A DNA stretch of 63,209 nt, filler included, from Octopus bimaculoides (lineage: Eukaryota): the NCBI RefSeq assembly GCF_001194135.2. It is 6 parts of 6 records of this genome, joined end to end, with 100 filler letters (N's around TTAATTAATTAA, not from the genome) between each part and the next. Parts side by side here need not be neighbours in the genome. Positions count along the whole stretch, not along the records: positions 34,019 to 56,424 come from NC_069003.1; 5 more parts are not named here. One strand, written 5' to 3'. The notes under the pieces are model-generated. The model was given only the letters and a program-made list of their open reading frames with translations, made no database searches and was not told the origin of the DNA. Numbering within the stretch: the stretch's first letter is position 1; every line of letters starts with the position of its first letter. The position numbers and the translations under genes are program-made. Below, in pieces: positions 38,051-49,847 of this stretch.

Positions 38051-38604
38051 TTATTCTTATTACCAGTGAGTGTTAGAGCAGTGCATACCATCAAAGTGAC
38101 ACTGGCGTACAGATATACGAAGCCCAATATGTTTATAATGAGTACCCGTCTGGTAAGGTACACCAGACACGTGCATCACAAATATGTGTGCGCGATCTCA
38201 TATCAAGATAAACAGCACATAACCTTGCAGATGTAGCCTAGTTAGAATTTTCTTCAGGTCGAGTAGCCCATCCCACTCAAAAGGTCCCTGAATGAGGGTT
38301 CTTTAAGGATGATTAATGAAACACCTACGTTTCCAGAGGTGAATTTTTTAAACCCCAAAGAATTCGTCTCGGCACATGGCGATGGTGCTCCCCCACTACT
38401 TTTGCTCGTAATCAGAGATTCACATATCGTCAGCAACTAAGAGACATGCTCAACTGGTTAAGGTCAAACAACTGACAAGCAAATCTGTGGTATTGAGCAG
38501 AATATTTGTTGTAGCCCATCTTTTCATACCAAGACAAAATATGTACACTGCCAATCAATTGAGATTAAAAGCCATGAGAACCACTATCTGCTACTGCATC
38601 AGGG

Positions 38605-38830
38605 CAGATGGTGAGCTGACAGAACCGTTAGTACGCCTGGAATGGAAAAATGCTTAGGAGCATTTTGTTGAACGTAAAAACGTTCTGAGCTCAAATTCCT
38701 CCGAGGTTGACTTTGACTATCATCCTTACAGGTTCGGTAAAATGAGTACCAGTTGAATACCGGTGTCAATGTAATCGACTCGTCTGTTCCCTTTAAATAC
38801 TAGGCTTTGTGCCTTCAGTATAAAGAATCA
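38605..38830 (+). mobile_element. SINE family A copy
   Basis: ggtgagctgacagaaccgttag ... gagctcaaattcc ... (ATT)n tail. Confidence 0.75.
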
Positions 38831-38840
38831 TTATTATTAT

Positions 38841-40030
38841 TCAGCAGTCTTATTTTTACCACGTGCTTTCACTACACTTCCGAGCGCAGCTCTGTGTGCC
38901 TTGCATATGTGTTTTAGTTTGTTGTGGTGCTCTTAATTGTAGGATCTACGCAGTGCCCAGCAGCGCTATTTTCTGCATGTTATATACTTTCGTAAGTCCT
39001 AGTGTTTTAGTCATGTATCTGTCTGAATGCTTTTTAATCATACCTAATGCACTTATTACTATAGGAATTGTTTCTATTGCTTCTATTTCCAAATCTTTGT
39101 ATTTTCGAAATTTCTCCGTTTCTTTTAGAGATACATTGTCATCTGTTGCTATTGATACATCGATTAGAAGGCATTTTTTATTGCTAATTTCTAACAAAAA
39201 TATGCTATCAGCTTTGATAATATGCTATCAGCTTTGATTTCTCTACCTGTGTGTATTGGCATATTCCAGAGTATGGTTGCTTTGTCATTTTCTGAGACTT
39301 TTCCTGGGGTGTGCTTATACCATCTTTTTTCTGTTGTCACTTCATAGTGTTGGCATAGCTTCCAGTGTATATAAGCCCCAACTATATCATGTCTATAGAT
39401 ATATTCCTTCTTAGCCAGGACTAAGCAACCAGAAACAATAAGGTTTATTGTTTCTTCCCACATCACCACATATTCTGCAGTTACTTGTATTTTTCTTCAT
39501 TATGTGTTTTTGGTGATTTCCGGTGGGAAAGCTTTGATCTTGTGCTGCAATTAATAATCCTTCAGTCTCTTATCAGCCATTGTTGGGATTTTAGTTTGTC
39601 TATTTCTTTTCTGTTTAGCTTATCCCAATAGTTGCCATGCAAGGGCTTTTCTTGCCATCTTTTTACCATGATACTTTGCTGTTTCAGTTTTAGTTTGGAT
39701 TTCATTTGCTTTACTGCTTTTGTCCTTTCCTCTTTTTCTTCGTAGTGGTCAGATGCTATGACTTCTTCCTTGTATCTTTTAGCATCCTTAAAGACAGAAA
39801 ACAGTTTTATGTTTTGCTCGTATTTTGTGGCTATCTGTATCACTTTTCCTTGCTTCTGAACTAGGTATTTCTGTAATCCTATGGTTATTTTGTAAAATTT
39901 TTATTGCTGTATAAGGCCTCTACCACCTTCAATTCGTTCTATATATAACCTTTCTATGTCATATTTTGGGTGGTGCATCCTAAATTCTGTCATTATTTTT
40001 CATTTTCCTGTCTAGACTTGTTAGTCCATT
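38841..40030 (-). mobile_element. R4/Dong-type LINE 3' half (post-RT region, CCHC remnant, RLE)
   Basis: WQEKPLHG; INLIVSGCLVLAKKEYIYRHD..IHWKLC; LLIDVSIATD..KYKDLEIE..MQKIALLGTA; (AAT)n tail. Confidence 0.85.
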
Positions 40031-40078
40031 TAGAATCCAATTAAGAATGTTGTTGTTGTTGGTGGTGGTGGTGGTTGT

Positions 40079-40290
40079 TAAGGCGGCGAGCTGGCAGAAT
40101 CGTTAGCACCCTGGACAAAACGCTTAGCGGCACTCCTTCCGTTTTTATGTTCTGAGTTCAAGTCTCATCCCTCAGCCTTTCATCCTTTCTGTCGATAAAA
40201 TACGTACCAGTCAAGTATTAATGTCGATGTTATGACTAGCCCTCTCCCTCAAAATTTTAGGCCTTATGCCTATAGTAGAAAGGATTATTG
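40079..40290 (+). mobile_element. SINE family A copy
   Basis: aaggcggcgagctggcagaatcgttagc head; agaaaggattatt tail. Confidence 0.85.
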
Positions 40291-40694
40291 TTATCAAATT
40301 CAGTCGACGCAAATAAATTTCATTAGTTAAATATAATTCCCTCCCATAATACAAGTTGCAACAAGAAGACGTAATTTTGAAATTATAATTTAATGCATCT
40401 AATTCACTAAGAATTCATAAAAAAAAAGTTACTTCTTTCGTCACCATCTTGCGGATGAAACGGGGATCATTTCCAATGGTGGTCGCCACCGCTGGTTAAT
40501 TTATCTTTTTAAAGGTGACCGTGTAGTTGAGAAGCTTGTGAACTTAGGTTCACGTCTATAGTAGCAGCCACTTGGTCAAGGGTCACGCAATGGTGCGATA
40601 CCTTGAACGAGGGTCTTCTACTAGATTGTTAAGCTGACGAATCACTTGTGAATGAATTTGGTAGATAAAAACAACGAAACCTGTCAGATATATG

Positions 40695-40794
40695 TGTGAG
40701 AGAGAGAGAGAGAAAGAGAGGGAGAGAGAGAGAGAAAGAGAGAGAGAGAGAAAGAGAGAGGGAGAAAGAGAGAGAGAGAGAAAGAGAGAAAGAA

Positions 40795-40843
<49 letters not shown>

Positions 40844-40910
40844 TAAAGTGAGAGAGAGAAAGAGAGAGAGAGAGAAAGATAGAAAGAGAGAAAGAGAAAG
40901 AGAGAGAGAG
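40695..40910. repeat. GA-rich polypurine tract
   Basis: Read directly from the sequence. Confidence 0.95.
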
Positions 40911-41080
40911 TTGCTTATCCCCCACCACCGCCTGACAACTGGTGTTTGTTTCTTTACGTCCTCGTTACTTAGCAGTTCGGCAAAATAGTCCTACAGAGTA
41001 AGTACTAAGCCTTAAAGAAATTATAAATATAAGTCCTGGGGTCGATTTACTCGAGTCGCAGTCCACTGACTGAAAATAGT
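40905..41080 (+). mobile_element. SINE family B 3' half
   Basis: cttagcagttcggcaaaa..aagtcctggggtcgattt. Confidence 0.7.
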
Positions 41081-41554
41081 AAACGATAAAAAAATAAAGG
41101 TTGTCTACGCAGCATCGATCTGCGGAACTACATTTAAGTTCCTCTTCAGCGACAGCTAATGTTGGAACATAATTCTTCAACAATATAGGAATATATAATA
41201 TGGAGAAGTATAGTTAATGTATTTTTTATGGGAATCAAGTTTGCACTATCTAATTACATAAACGTATAGAAACAAATATTGACACGATAAAAATTTCAGC
41301 TCCGCTTGCTGCAACAGAAAACTAGCTTTTAATATTAATTCCCATTTCTGTTATACCAATCCGGAACATATAAAGACATACAGCAAAGGCAATAGAAAAT
41401 AGAACACAAAGGGGGAATATAAAATAAACATGGAGTTGGTATCGGAAATGGGTGGAACTGAAGTAAATATCTTTAACGTTTCCAGTATTCACTCTTCTTC
41501 TGAAAAATAGGATAGAGATGAAGAGGAAAAATGAAGAAGAATATATTCATTTAT

Positions 41555-41770
41555 TTTTTTACTTGCTTTAGATATTTGACTGCAGTCATGCTGGAGCACT
41601 GCATTTAGTCGAAGAAATCGGCCCCAGAACTTATTCTTTGCTTTGTAAGCCTAGTACTTATTCTATCGGTCCCTTTTGCCCAACTACTAGGTTACAGAGA
41701 CGTAAACACACCAATATAGGTTGTCGAGCGATGGTGGGGGACAAACTTAGAAACACATGCATACACGAAT
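41555..41770 (-). mobile_element. SINE family B 3' half
   Basis: Reverse complement of 29240-29430. Confidence 0.75.
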
Positions 41771-41929
41771 ATATATTTTAGACGCACATACACATGTGCG
41801 CACACCACTTGAAAAAACACATATCAACTGCTACAAACGACACACAAACACACGTAAGATTCACTCGCCCAAATTCACACATACACCATTCTCATATACA
41901 CACACACGTTGCGCACCTTAGTTCTTTTG

Positions 41930-42235
41930 GGTCAGCATTATTATCTCCCTTTCATTCAACCTCTCTTTTTTATTATTATCTCCCTTTTTTTCAACCGCTT
42001 ATTTTCTAGTCATCCCACCATATCGGACTACTGAACTCTACACAGTTTTTCTCTCTCCGTTTTCGTTTTTTTTCAGTCTCTCTCCGTTTTCGTTTTTTTT
42101 CAGTCTCTCTCCATTTTTCCCTCTTATACATTTCTGTCGAAGAGCGACTTTTCCATTTTTCCCGAGTGTTAAACTAATACACCTTCTTGTTGTTCCTACA
42201 CCTGTCTTCATCCTTTGTTCTTTTGTAACTTTGAA

Positions 42236-42240
<5 letters not shown>
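41930..42240 (+). mobile_element. Probable PLE 3' tail with a deleted hammerhead
   Basis: CTGTCGAAGAGCG at 42134-42146 resembles a hammerhead 5' half, but the GAAAC half is missing. The family call is from memory. Confidence 0.35.
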
Positions 42241-42287
<47 letters not shown>

Positions 42288-42466
42288 NNNNNNNNNNNNN
42301 NNNNNNNNNNNNNNNNNNNNNNNNNNNNNNNNNNNNNNNNNNNNNNNNNNNNNNNNNNNNNNNNNNNNNNNNNNNNNNNNNNNNNNNNNNNNNNNNNNNN
42401 NNNNNNNNNNNNNNNNNNNNNNNNGCAAGTTTCTTACCACACAGCCACACACGCACACACACACAC

Positions 42467-42514
<48 letters not shown>

Positions 42515-42519
42515 GTATA

Positions 42520-43320
42520 TAGGCTGCGATGGGTAAATTGTCACCATTTTATATTTTTAATTTCGCGCATGCACATTGTTTCTTTTTGATTTTATCCACT
42601 ACAAAGTATAGTAAGGGCAGTTCCACACGATCAGTGAGAAACACAACCCCATGACGCAATTCACTATGCCAGAAATTTGGAAACGACATGCTGCACTGCT
42701 TGGCATTCGCACCGGAATCTCCAATATGAAAATTTCAGAGAGTTTGGGTGTCAATCTAAGAACTTTGCAATCGAGAGTGATAAAAATGAAACATCCAGTC
42801 AGCATCATGGTGTTTGGAGTGATCACCAGTGATGGTGACGTTATGCCTCCATTTATCTTCCCACACAACCCAGGCTCAACACGGAGGCCTACATCAAGTG
42901 TCTGAAGGAGTTAGTGCTGCCCTGGGTCAATAGGATGACTATAGGAAACCCTATGTCTGGCAACAGGACTCCGCACTATGCCACGCAAGTAAGAGAAACC
43001 ATTCCTGGCTTTCAGACAATTTCTGCGACCACATCACCCATAAAATTTGGCCACTTAACTCCTCAGACTATAACCCCCCTTTGATTATTATGTGTGGGGC
43101 GCAGATGAGCGAGAGACCAACAAAACTCCTTGTTACACCAAAGATGAACTGAAGGCAAGAATTATGACAGCATTCACCAACTAAAACAAGGAGATCATCC
43201 AGAAGAGTTTGTGGAGATTCTGAGGTCGTCTGGAAGCCGTGACTGAAGCCAATGGCAATTTTATTAAATAAATTTACTCCAGTATATCAAGATATTTTTG
43301 TAAAGATAAATTTGTAAACA
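42520..43320 (+). mobile_element. Internally deleted maT (DD37D) Tc1/mariner-superfamily transposon
   Basis: MKHPVSIMVFGVITSDGDVMPPFIFP; WQQDSALCH..WPLNSSDYNP(L)DYYVWG. There are 37 residues between the 2nd and 3rd Asp after repairing a +2 frameshift. Confidence 0.8.
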
Positions 43321-43466
43321 AACCCGAAGGTGGTAATAAACGGAGAAGAGCGACACATATAGGTCCTTTTTAATAATGATTATAATTATGTATTATTTAT
43401 TTGATATATGCTCCATATATGTTTTGAATGGAGCATATACTAAATAAATAGTATATAATTATAGTT

Positions 43467-43509
<43 letters not shown>

Positions 43510-43518
<9 letters not shown>

Positions 43519-43655
43519 TGAAGAACTGCTTTCAGATCCACTCACACGGCTTTGGTTGACCCGAGGCTATAGCAGAAGACATTTGCCCAAGGTGCCATGC
43601 AGTGAAACTGAACCCGGAACCATGTGGTTGAGAAGTAAGCTTCGTATCACACGGA
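43510..43655 (-). mobile_element. SINE family B 5' half
   Basis: ccactcacacggctttggttgacccgaggctatagcagaagacatttgcccaaggtgcc. Confidence 0.75.
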
Positions 43656-44169
43656 CACACCTGCGCTTTTAGTCATTTTAGAATAAAAAATATGAAAAGA
43701 TAATATAAAATATTAACGTGTGTGTAATGATTGCTTGGAAAAATTCTTCTGAACGCCTAATGTAATTGGTCGCGCTACAGCAGCTATTGTATGATAAAAT
43801 CAGTAATAAATGATCAATACTGGCATAGGTTTAATGAATTACAACTGCAATTACAACTACAAATAGTGGTATTAATGCAATACCTTTATGAACTGCATTG
43901 GTAAATTAATATGTATCGAGTCACATAATTCTGTAATAATTATAGTATTAACACAATATTAAATTTATTGCTATAGGAATTTTATGCATCAATTTTAAGA
44001 AGTGTATCGACTCATATAATCCTAAAATCATTATAGTGCCTCCGTGATTTGGTTTAGCAAGAATATGTGTCCATAATACATTATCAGTTAATGTACTTAG
44101 GAATATGGCTAAGCAGATTTCATTTAATTTGTCCCCAAATTATACTAATTGACCAAAAAGAGAGTCATC

Positions 44170-44392
44170 TTTTATTTTTTTTACTTGCTTCGGCACTGAC
44201 GGTTTAGTCGGACAAATCGCCCCTGTATTATTTCTTTAAGTCTGGTACTTATTCTATCGGCCACTTTTGTAAAATCACTAAGTTACAGAGAGGTAGACAA
44301 ACCAACACCGGTTGTCAAGCGTTAGCGGTGAGGAGATACAAACGCAGACACGCGCGTATATATATACAATATATATATAGATAGATAGATAC
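44170..44392 (-). mobile_element. 3' half of a SINE B split by the LTR element
   Basis: Continues at 52930-53100; GATAC at both junctions. Confidence 0.75.
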
Positions 44393-44719
44393 TGTTATAT
44401 CCTTATGGATAAACGAATACACTGCAACAGTGTAATAACAATATCATCGAAACAAATGGCAGTAACCGCACGGAACGTTACAAGCTTTTAAGAACCAACA
44501 AAACAACATGCTAACTCGATCTGTAAACTTTGAACTATGAACACACGAGCTGTAGAACTAGCACGAATTACCTAACTCAGGCCGCTACTATTTATATGTA
44601 GTGGTCCAGTCCATTCTCGCCAGGGGGCACCCTACTCTCGCACAACATCTCCACTTTTGAGATTTCGTATTCCAAAGGAATAAAGAAAGTTTTTATTTAT
44701 GTAACATATGGTATATATA

Positions 44720-44913
44720 TACAGGGCAAATTTTAGCTATTTCTCCGCAGACTGTTAAAACAAAAATGAACAGCCTTAATCGATGTTCGAGCCTTATTGG
44801 GCTTCCATCAGAAGCGTTTACACCATTCTGACAGCTTCCAAAGACGCAATTAGCCAAACTGTCTATATACTCAACAAATGCAGCAGTTACTCTCTGAAGG
44901 AGTCCCTAATTTG
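44720..44913 (-). mobile_element. Possible orphan PLE tail with a decayed hammerhead (44775-44815)
   Basis: ctt-CTGATG-gaAGCC/caata/aGGCT-c-GAAc-atcgat-t-aag, ending at (TA)n. Confidence 0.35.
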
Positions 44914-45060
44914 NNNNNNNNNNNNNNNNNNNNNNNNNNNNNNNNNNNNNNNNNNNNNNNNNNNNNNNNNNNNNNNNNNNNNNNNNNNNNNNNNNNNNNN
45001 NNNNNNNNNNNNNATGTATGTATGTACGTATATATGTATGTATTATGTATATATATATAA

Positions 45061-47884
45061 ATATGTAAAAAGTGAAAGGGGTACAGTGAATTTGCCGTGA
45101 GGAGTGAAATATCCAGCGTTTCGGATTCAATCCTTCGTCAAGGGGCAGAAAAAAAGAGAAGCAGAGAAGGAAAAAGTCAAACAGAGTTGACATCCTCTCA
45201 GCTTGGAAAACTGGCTGCAACTGATAATGGACACAGAATAATGCCGGCTGCTAACGTGAAACAGAAGTTATAGGAGAGGGCATGCAGAAAGGAGAAGTAA
45301 AAGGGTGATGGAGAGAGTAGAGCTAAGTAAATATGGGAATGTTACAGAGAGTGTAAAAGGAGGATTAAAAAGGGTAGAAAAGAATTAAGAGGAGGTGAAA
45401 GGCTGAAAGGAAAAATGTTCATTCATACTTGTTGGGGACATAGTGCCAAGATCAAATGTGAGATGTTGCTCCTTTCGTTTCCTAGAGAAGGGGGATTCAT
45501 GTTACAAGGCCATACTACACACTGATGAATTTGCAATAGAATGATTCACAGTGTTGAAGTAGGTGGCGACAGGTTGGCCTGGCATACGAAGCATTATGCT
45601 TCTGATGTCTTCGCGAAAATGATCCCCAAGTCGTCGCCCTGTTTCTCCAATGTAAAGAGCACCACAGAGTTTACATACAATGCAATATATGAGATTCGCC
45701 GAAGTGTAACAGAAGTAGTGTCTTATATGATATTGCTTCCTGGGCCCCGTGATGGTGGTAATATTGTTGATGTAGGGGGCATATGTTAAATCATCGGCGA
45801 GAACATTTAAAGGTTCCTGGTTGTGCGGAGCTGTGAGCTGTGAAACTTCTAACAAGGAGATTTCTAAGACGCCTATGTTTTTGAAAGGCAGTGTGGAAAA
45901 GATAGGGGCGGTTGTTGGGTCAGAAAGAAGAATACGAAAGTTGCGGGTGAGTTTGTGCTTAAGAGGGAGGATGAACGGGTAGTAGGTAAGAGAGAGTGGA
46001 ATACGGTCGTTGCAAGTGCGAGAAGAGGGTAGGAGAGCTGCGGTGCAGTTGATGGCTTGGGCTCGGTGTAGTGCTGGGTCAATAACTGATGGAGGATACC
46101 CTCGATTTAGAAAAAAACTGTCGCATCGTTTTACAATGGGATTTGAAATCCGAATCGATGCTGCAAAGCCGTCGAAGGCGAAGAAATTGAGAGAAAGGTG
46201 TGGCAGATTTAATGTGTTTAGGATGAGAGGAAGAGTAGTGGAGGTAGGAGTGGGAGTTAGTAGATTTATAGTAGACAGAGGTAGAGAGGTGGGTATTGTG
46301 TATTTTGACTCAGATGTCAAGAAAGCAAACAGACGTATCAGATATGGTGTGGGTAAACTCCAAGGCTGGGTGAAAAGTGTTAACAAAAGAAATAAAATCG
46401 TTGAGCTGTTGTCTGTAAAGGTGCCATTGCAGTCATCAATGTAACGACCATAAACCTCTGGGATGGGTCTAGGGAAGTGAACAAAGATTTGCTCTTCTAT
46501 ATAACCTACAAAGAGGTTGGCATAATTAGGGCCCATCTTGGTGCCCATAGCAACACTGCTGCATGCTTATAGAATTCACCAGAGAAGAAAAAACAATTGA
46601 TTGTTAAGACCAGTTCAGCTAGGCGGAGGAGGGTATTAGTGCTGGGTTCAGGTACAGAACGACAGTCTAAGAAGTATTTAAGTGCTAGTAGACCGTCATT
46701 GTGAGGGATGACTGTGTACAAAGATTTAATGTCCATGGTGAAAAGGAGTTTGGATTCACCAGGTGGTAACGGAAACGCGTTGAAGAGGTGTAGTGCATGG
46801 TTAGTGTCTTTTATATGTGAAGGTAGAGCAGTGACGAGAGGGAATAAAAGTTTGTCATGGTAGGAAGATAAAAGTTATGTGTGGCAATTGCAAGCAAAGA
46901 CAATAGGGCGGCCGGGATTATCTTGTTTTTGTATTTTAGGGACGAAATAGATAGTGGAAGTTCGGGGTGTGGTGACAATGAGGTTGGTGGCAGTGCGTGG
47001 CAGTGAACCAGAAAGGATCAGCTGATGTACAGTGGCCGAAACATTCCTCTGGTAATGGTTAGTAAGATCATTTGGTATCTTCATATAGTATCTGGTGTCG
47101 TTGAGTTGGCAGAGTGCTTCTTTTCTTTCAAGGTTGGCTTGCCAAACTACAACGGTGCCCCCTTTGTCGGCTGGCTTGGTAACAATGTTCTTGCTTTGGC
47201 GGAGCTTCCGGAAGGCGTCTAGTTCCGATTGGAGAAGGTTCGAAAACCTTGGTTTTCTATCGAAATTGAAGGTACCGAGGTCGAAACGGTATATATTAAT
47301 GAATATATCTACCAAACGGTGTAATCCTGGATTTCGTGTCCAGTTGGAGAAATGTTTTTTGAGTGTAGTAAAGTCGTCCTCAATTGGAAAAACTGGGCTT
47401 CTGTTGTAGAAAAATGCCATGAGTTGGATCCGACAGAGGAAACCTTCTGTATCGGCGCGCGCGTCAAATTCACTTAGTGTGATTTTGAGAGGAATGAAAT
47501 TAAGACCTCTGCTAAGTAAAGCTCGTTCGTCATGAGTGTAATGTAAATCGCTCGGGATGGTAGAGACAGTGGAGGTGTTGAGCGAAGCAGGAGAAGTGGG
47601 ACGGTGGGGAATGAGAGTGAGGGAATTTTGCGTGTCTTTTTTGCAACAAGAAAGTCGTACAGTTTGCTACTGAGGTGGAGTGTCTGAAAGAGTATGGCCT
47701 GAAACTGTATGGTCGGGCAAAGACCGGTGCCAAGACAACGGTAGGGGGTAATTTCCCGCGTGACGTGGTCGCGCTAAGCACATAGGCTGGAGAGTGGTGG
47801 CTCTCATTAGTTGTTTGGAAGTACAATTCAGAATATTTGTGATGGTCAGAGGATATTGAGTAGACTTGTGCTGTCTCAAGGAAG

Positions 47885-47885
<1 letters not shown>
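45061..47885 (-). mobile_element. Near full-length Penelope-like element (Neptune-like), frameshifted RT plus GIY-YIG
   Basis: LSRGLNFIP, KPADKGG, PGRPIV, MDIKSLYTVIP, MGTKMGPNYANLF, RYIDD, LIYCIVCKLCGALYIGETGRRLGDHF. Decayed hammerhead TTGACGA-aGGAT/tga/ATCC-GAAAC at 45112-45146. Confidence 0.95.
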
Positions 47886-47925
<40 letters not shown>

Positions 47926-47989
47926 NNNNNNNNNNGAGAGAGAGAGAAGTGTTGGTGGCATACGAGTGGGTATATATTTATAAAAAAGT

Positions 47990-49847
47990 AGTTTGAAAAC
48001 GCCAATATATAAAAAATGAATTTTAATTTATAATTTTGTCAGAGATATTTTTAACATGTTTCGGTTCTTGAAAAAAACGAACCTTATCAAAAATACATAT
48101 TTTTTGGATGTGTTTCTCCATCTATATCCAGAACAACTGGAAAAGATATCTGGACGACTGCTTCATCCTCTGGGATGAAAGCATAGAAAAACTTGAGGAA
48201 TTTAAAATGATATTAAATGGAATTAATGAAAACATCAAATTCACGATGGAACATTACCTGGAAAAACTACCATTTTTAGATATCCTCATTAAGAAAGTCG
48301 GCAACAAAATAGAGACGGGTATCTATTATAAACCGACGCACTCTAAGCAATACCTACCATTTGACTCAATACCTACCTAGGCACACGAGAATGAACATCC
48401 CTTTCTGTTTGGCCAAAAGGATTTGCACCATAGTATCAGACACAAACACCCGGCACACACGTCTCCAGGAACTCAGAGCTACACTCTAAAATAGGAATTA
48501 TCCACAACCCCTAATAGACAATGCAATCCAACGAACACTTAAACTGAATATAGAAGACCTGAGACAACCAAAACCAAAAGGGGATGAAAAATTTAAAACC
48601 CTACATCTCTACACACAACCCACTTAACAACGAGGCCTTTAATACCATACTCCAAAACACAGCCCTACTCAAGGGAGACCCAAGGATGAATCAAATCCTC
48701 CAAACACACACCATCATAAAAAGCAAACGACAGCCAAAACCCTTAAAGAAGATTTTAACACAGGCTAAACTGCACCCAATAATTATCACAAAACCAACAG
48801 TCAAAAAGTGTGGAAGGCTAAACTGCGGGATTTGTACCATCTTAGTAGAAGGTTCGGAATACACATTAGAACAAGGCCATCATTTCACCATCAGAAAAAA
48901 CTTCACCTGTGCATCGGAAAACCTAATTTATGTGATAACATGCGCAAGATGCAATAGGCATTATATAGGTCATACAAAAAACAGCCTACGAGAAAGGATG
49001 GCATTAGATAAATCCCAAATTAGTAACCCTGAATACAGAAAAATACCTGTCAGCGACCACATAGACAGATGTACAACGAATAAAAATTCAACGTTTACGA
49101 CCTTCCCACTTTACCAATTCAATTACAACTTTCACCTAGCGTCAAAACAAGGAACTTCATTTTATTAGAAAATTCGGGCCAAGTTTCAACACCCTCAGCC
49201 AGTAACATTAAAATCATATACTGGTTATCCAAAAAAGGGAAAAAAAGAATCCTACAACTCCACCACCACCGCCACGATAACTACTACTACTACTGCAAAC
49301 AGCGGTCCCTGCTACAACCACTACTAATACTACGACCAACAGTCTCTGCTATTGCTGCTATTACAGTCACTACTACTACTGCTACCACTACTACTACTAC
49401 TACTACGACCAACAGTCGCTGCTACTACTGCTATTACGGTCACTACTACTACTACGACCAACGGTCTCTGGTACTACTGCTATTACGATCACTACTACTA
49501 CTGCTACTTCGACCAACAGTCACTGCTACTACTGCGATTACTGTCACTACTACTACTACGACGACGACCAACAGTCTCTACTACTACTGCTATTACGGCC
49601 ACTACTACTACTGCTGCTTGTGCTACTTCCACCACTACCACTACAACCGATTAACTACTGCTACTGACACGGACAGAGGTCACTGCCATTTACCATTACC
49701 AACAGGGTCACTACTACTACTACAACCAACAAAAAATGCCCCCACGTGGACTATTGACACCAGTAAGGAACAATTATGAACTCTTCATTTAATTTCATTT
49801 TTTTGAATATGTATTTTTGATAAGGTTCATTTTTACAAGAACCGAAN
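47990..49847 (+). mobile_element. 5'-truncated Neptune-like PLE with an inverted 5' pseudo-LTR
   Basis: WKRYLDDCF..KFTME..LPFLDI..YYKPTH; linker KKCGRLNCGIC; LIYVITCARCNRHYIGHT. About 48058-48105 is the reverse complement of about 49803-49847 (hammerhead-like, stem GGTTC/GAACC). The 3' end runs into a gap. Confidence 0.92.
49330..49630. repeat. Higher-order minisatellite built on (ACT)n, with recurring acgaccaacagtc
   Basis: About six diverged units of roughly 45-55 bp, inside the PLE 3' region. Confidence 0.8.

Noticed and set aside
38064-38600. Probable additional interspersed repeat
   Set aside because: It looks familiar but has no second copy, ORF or terminal structure in the window.
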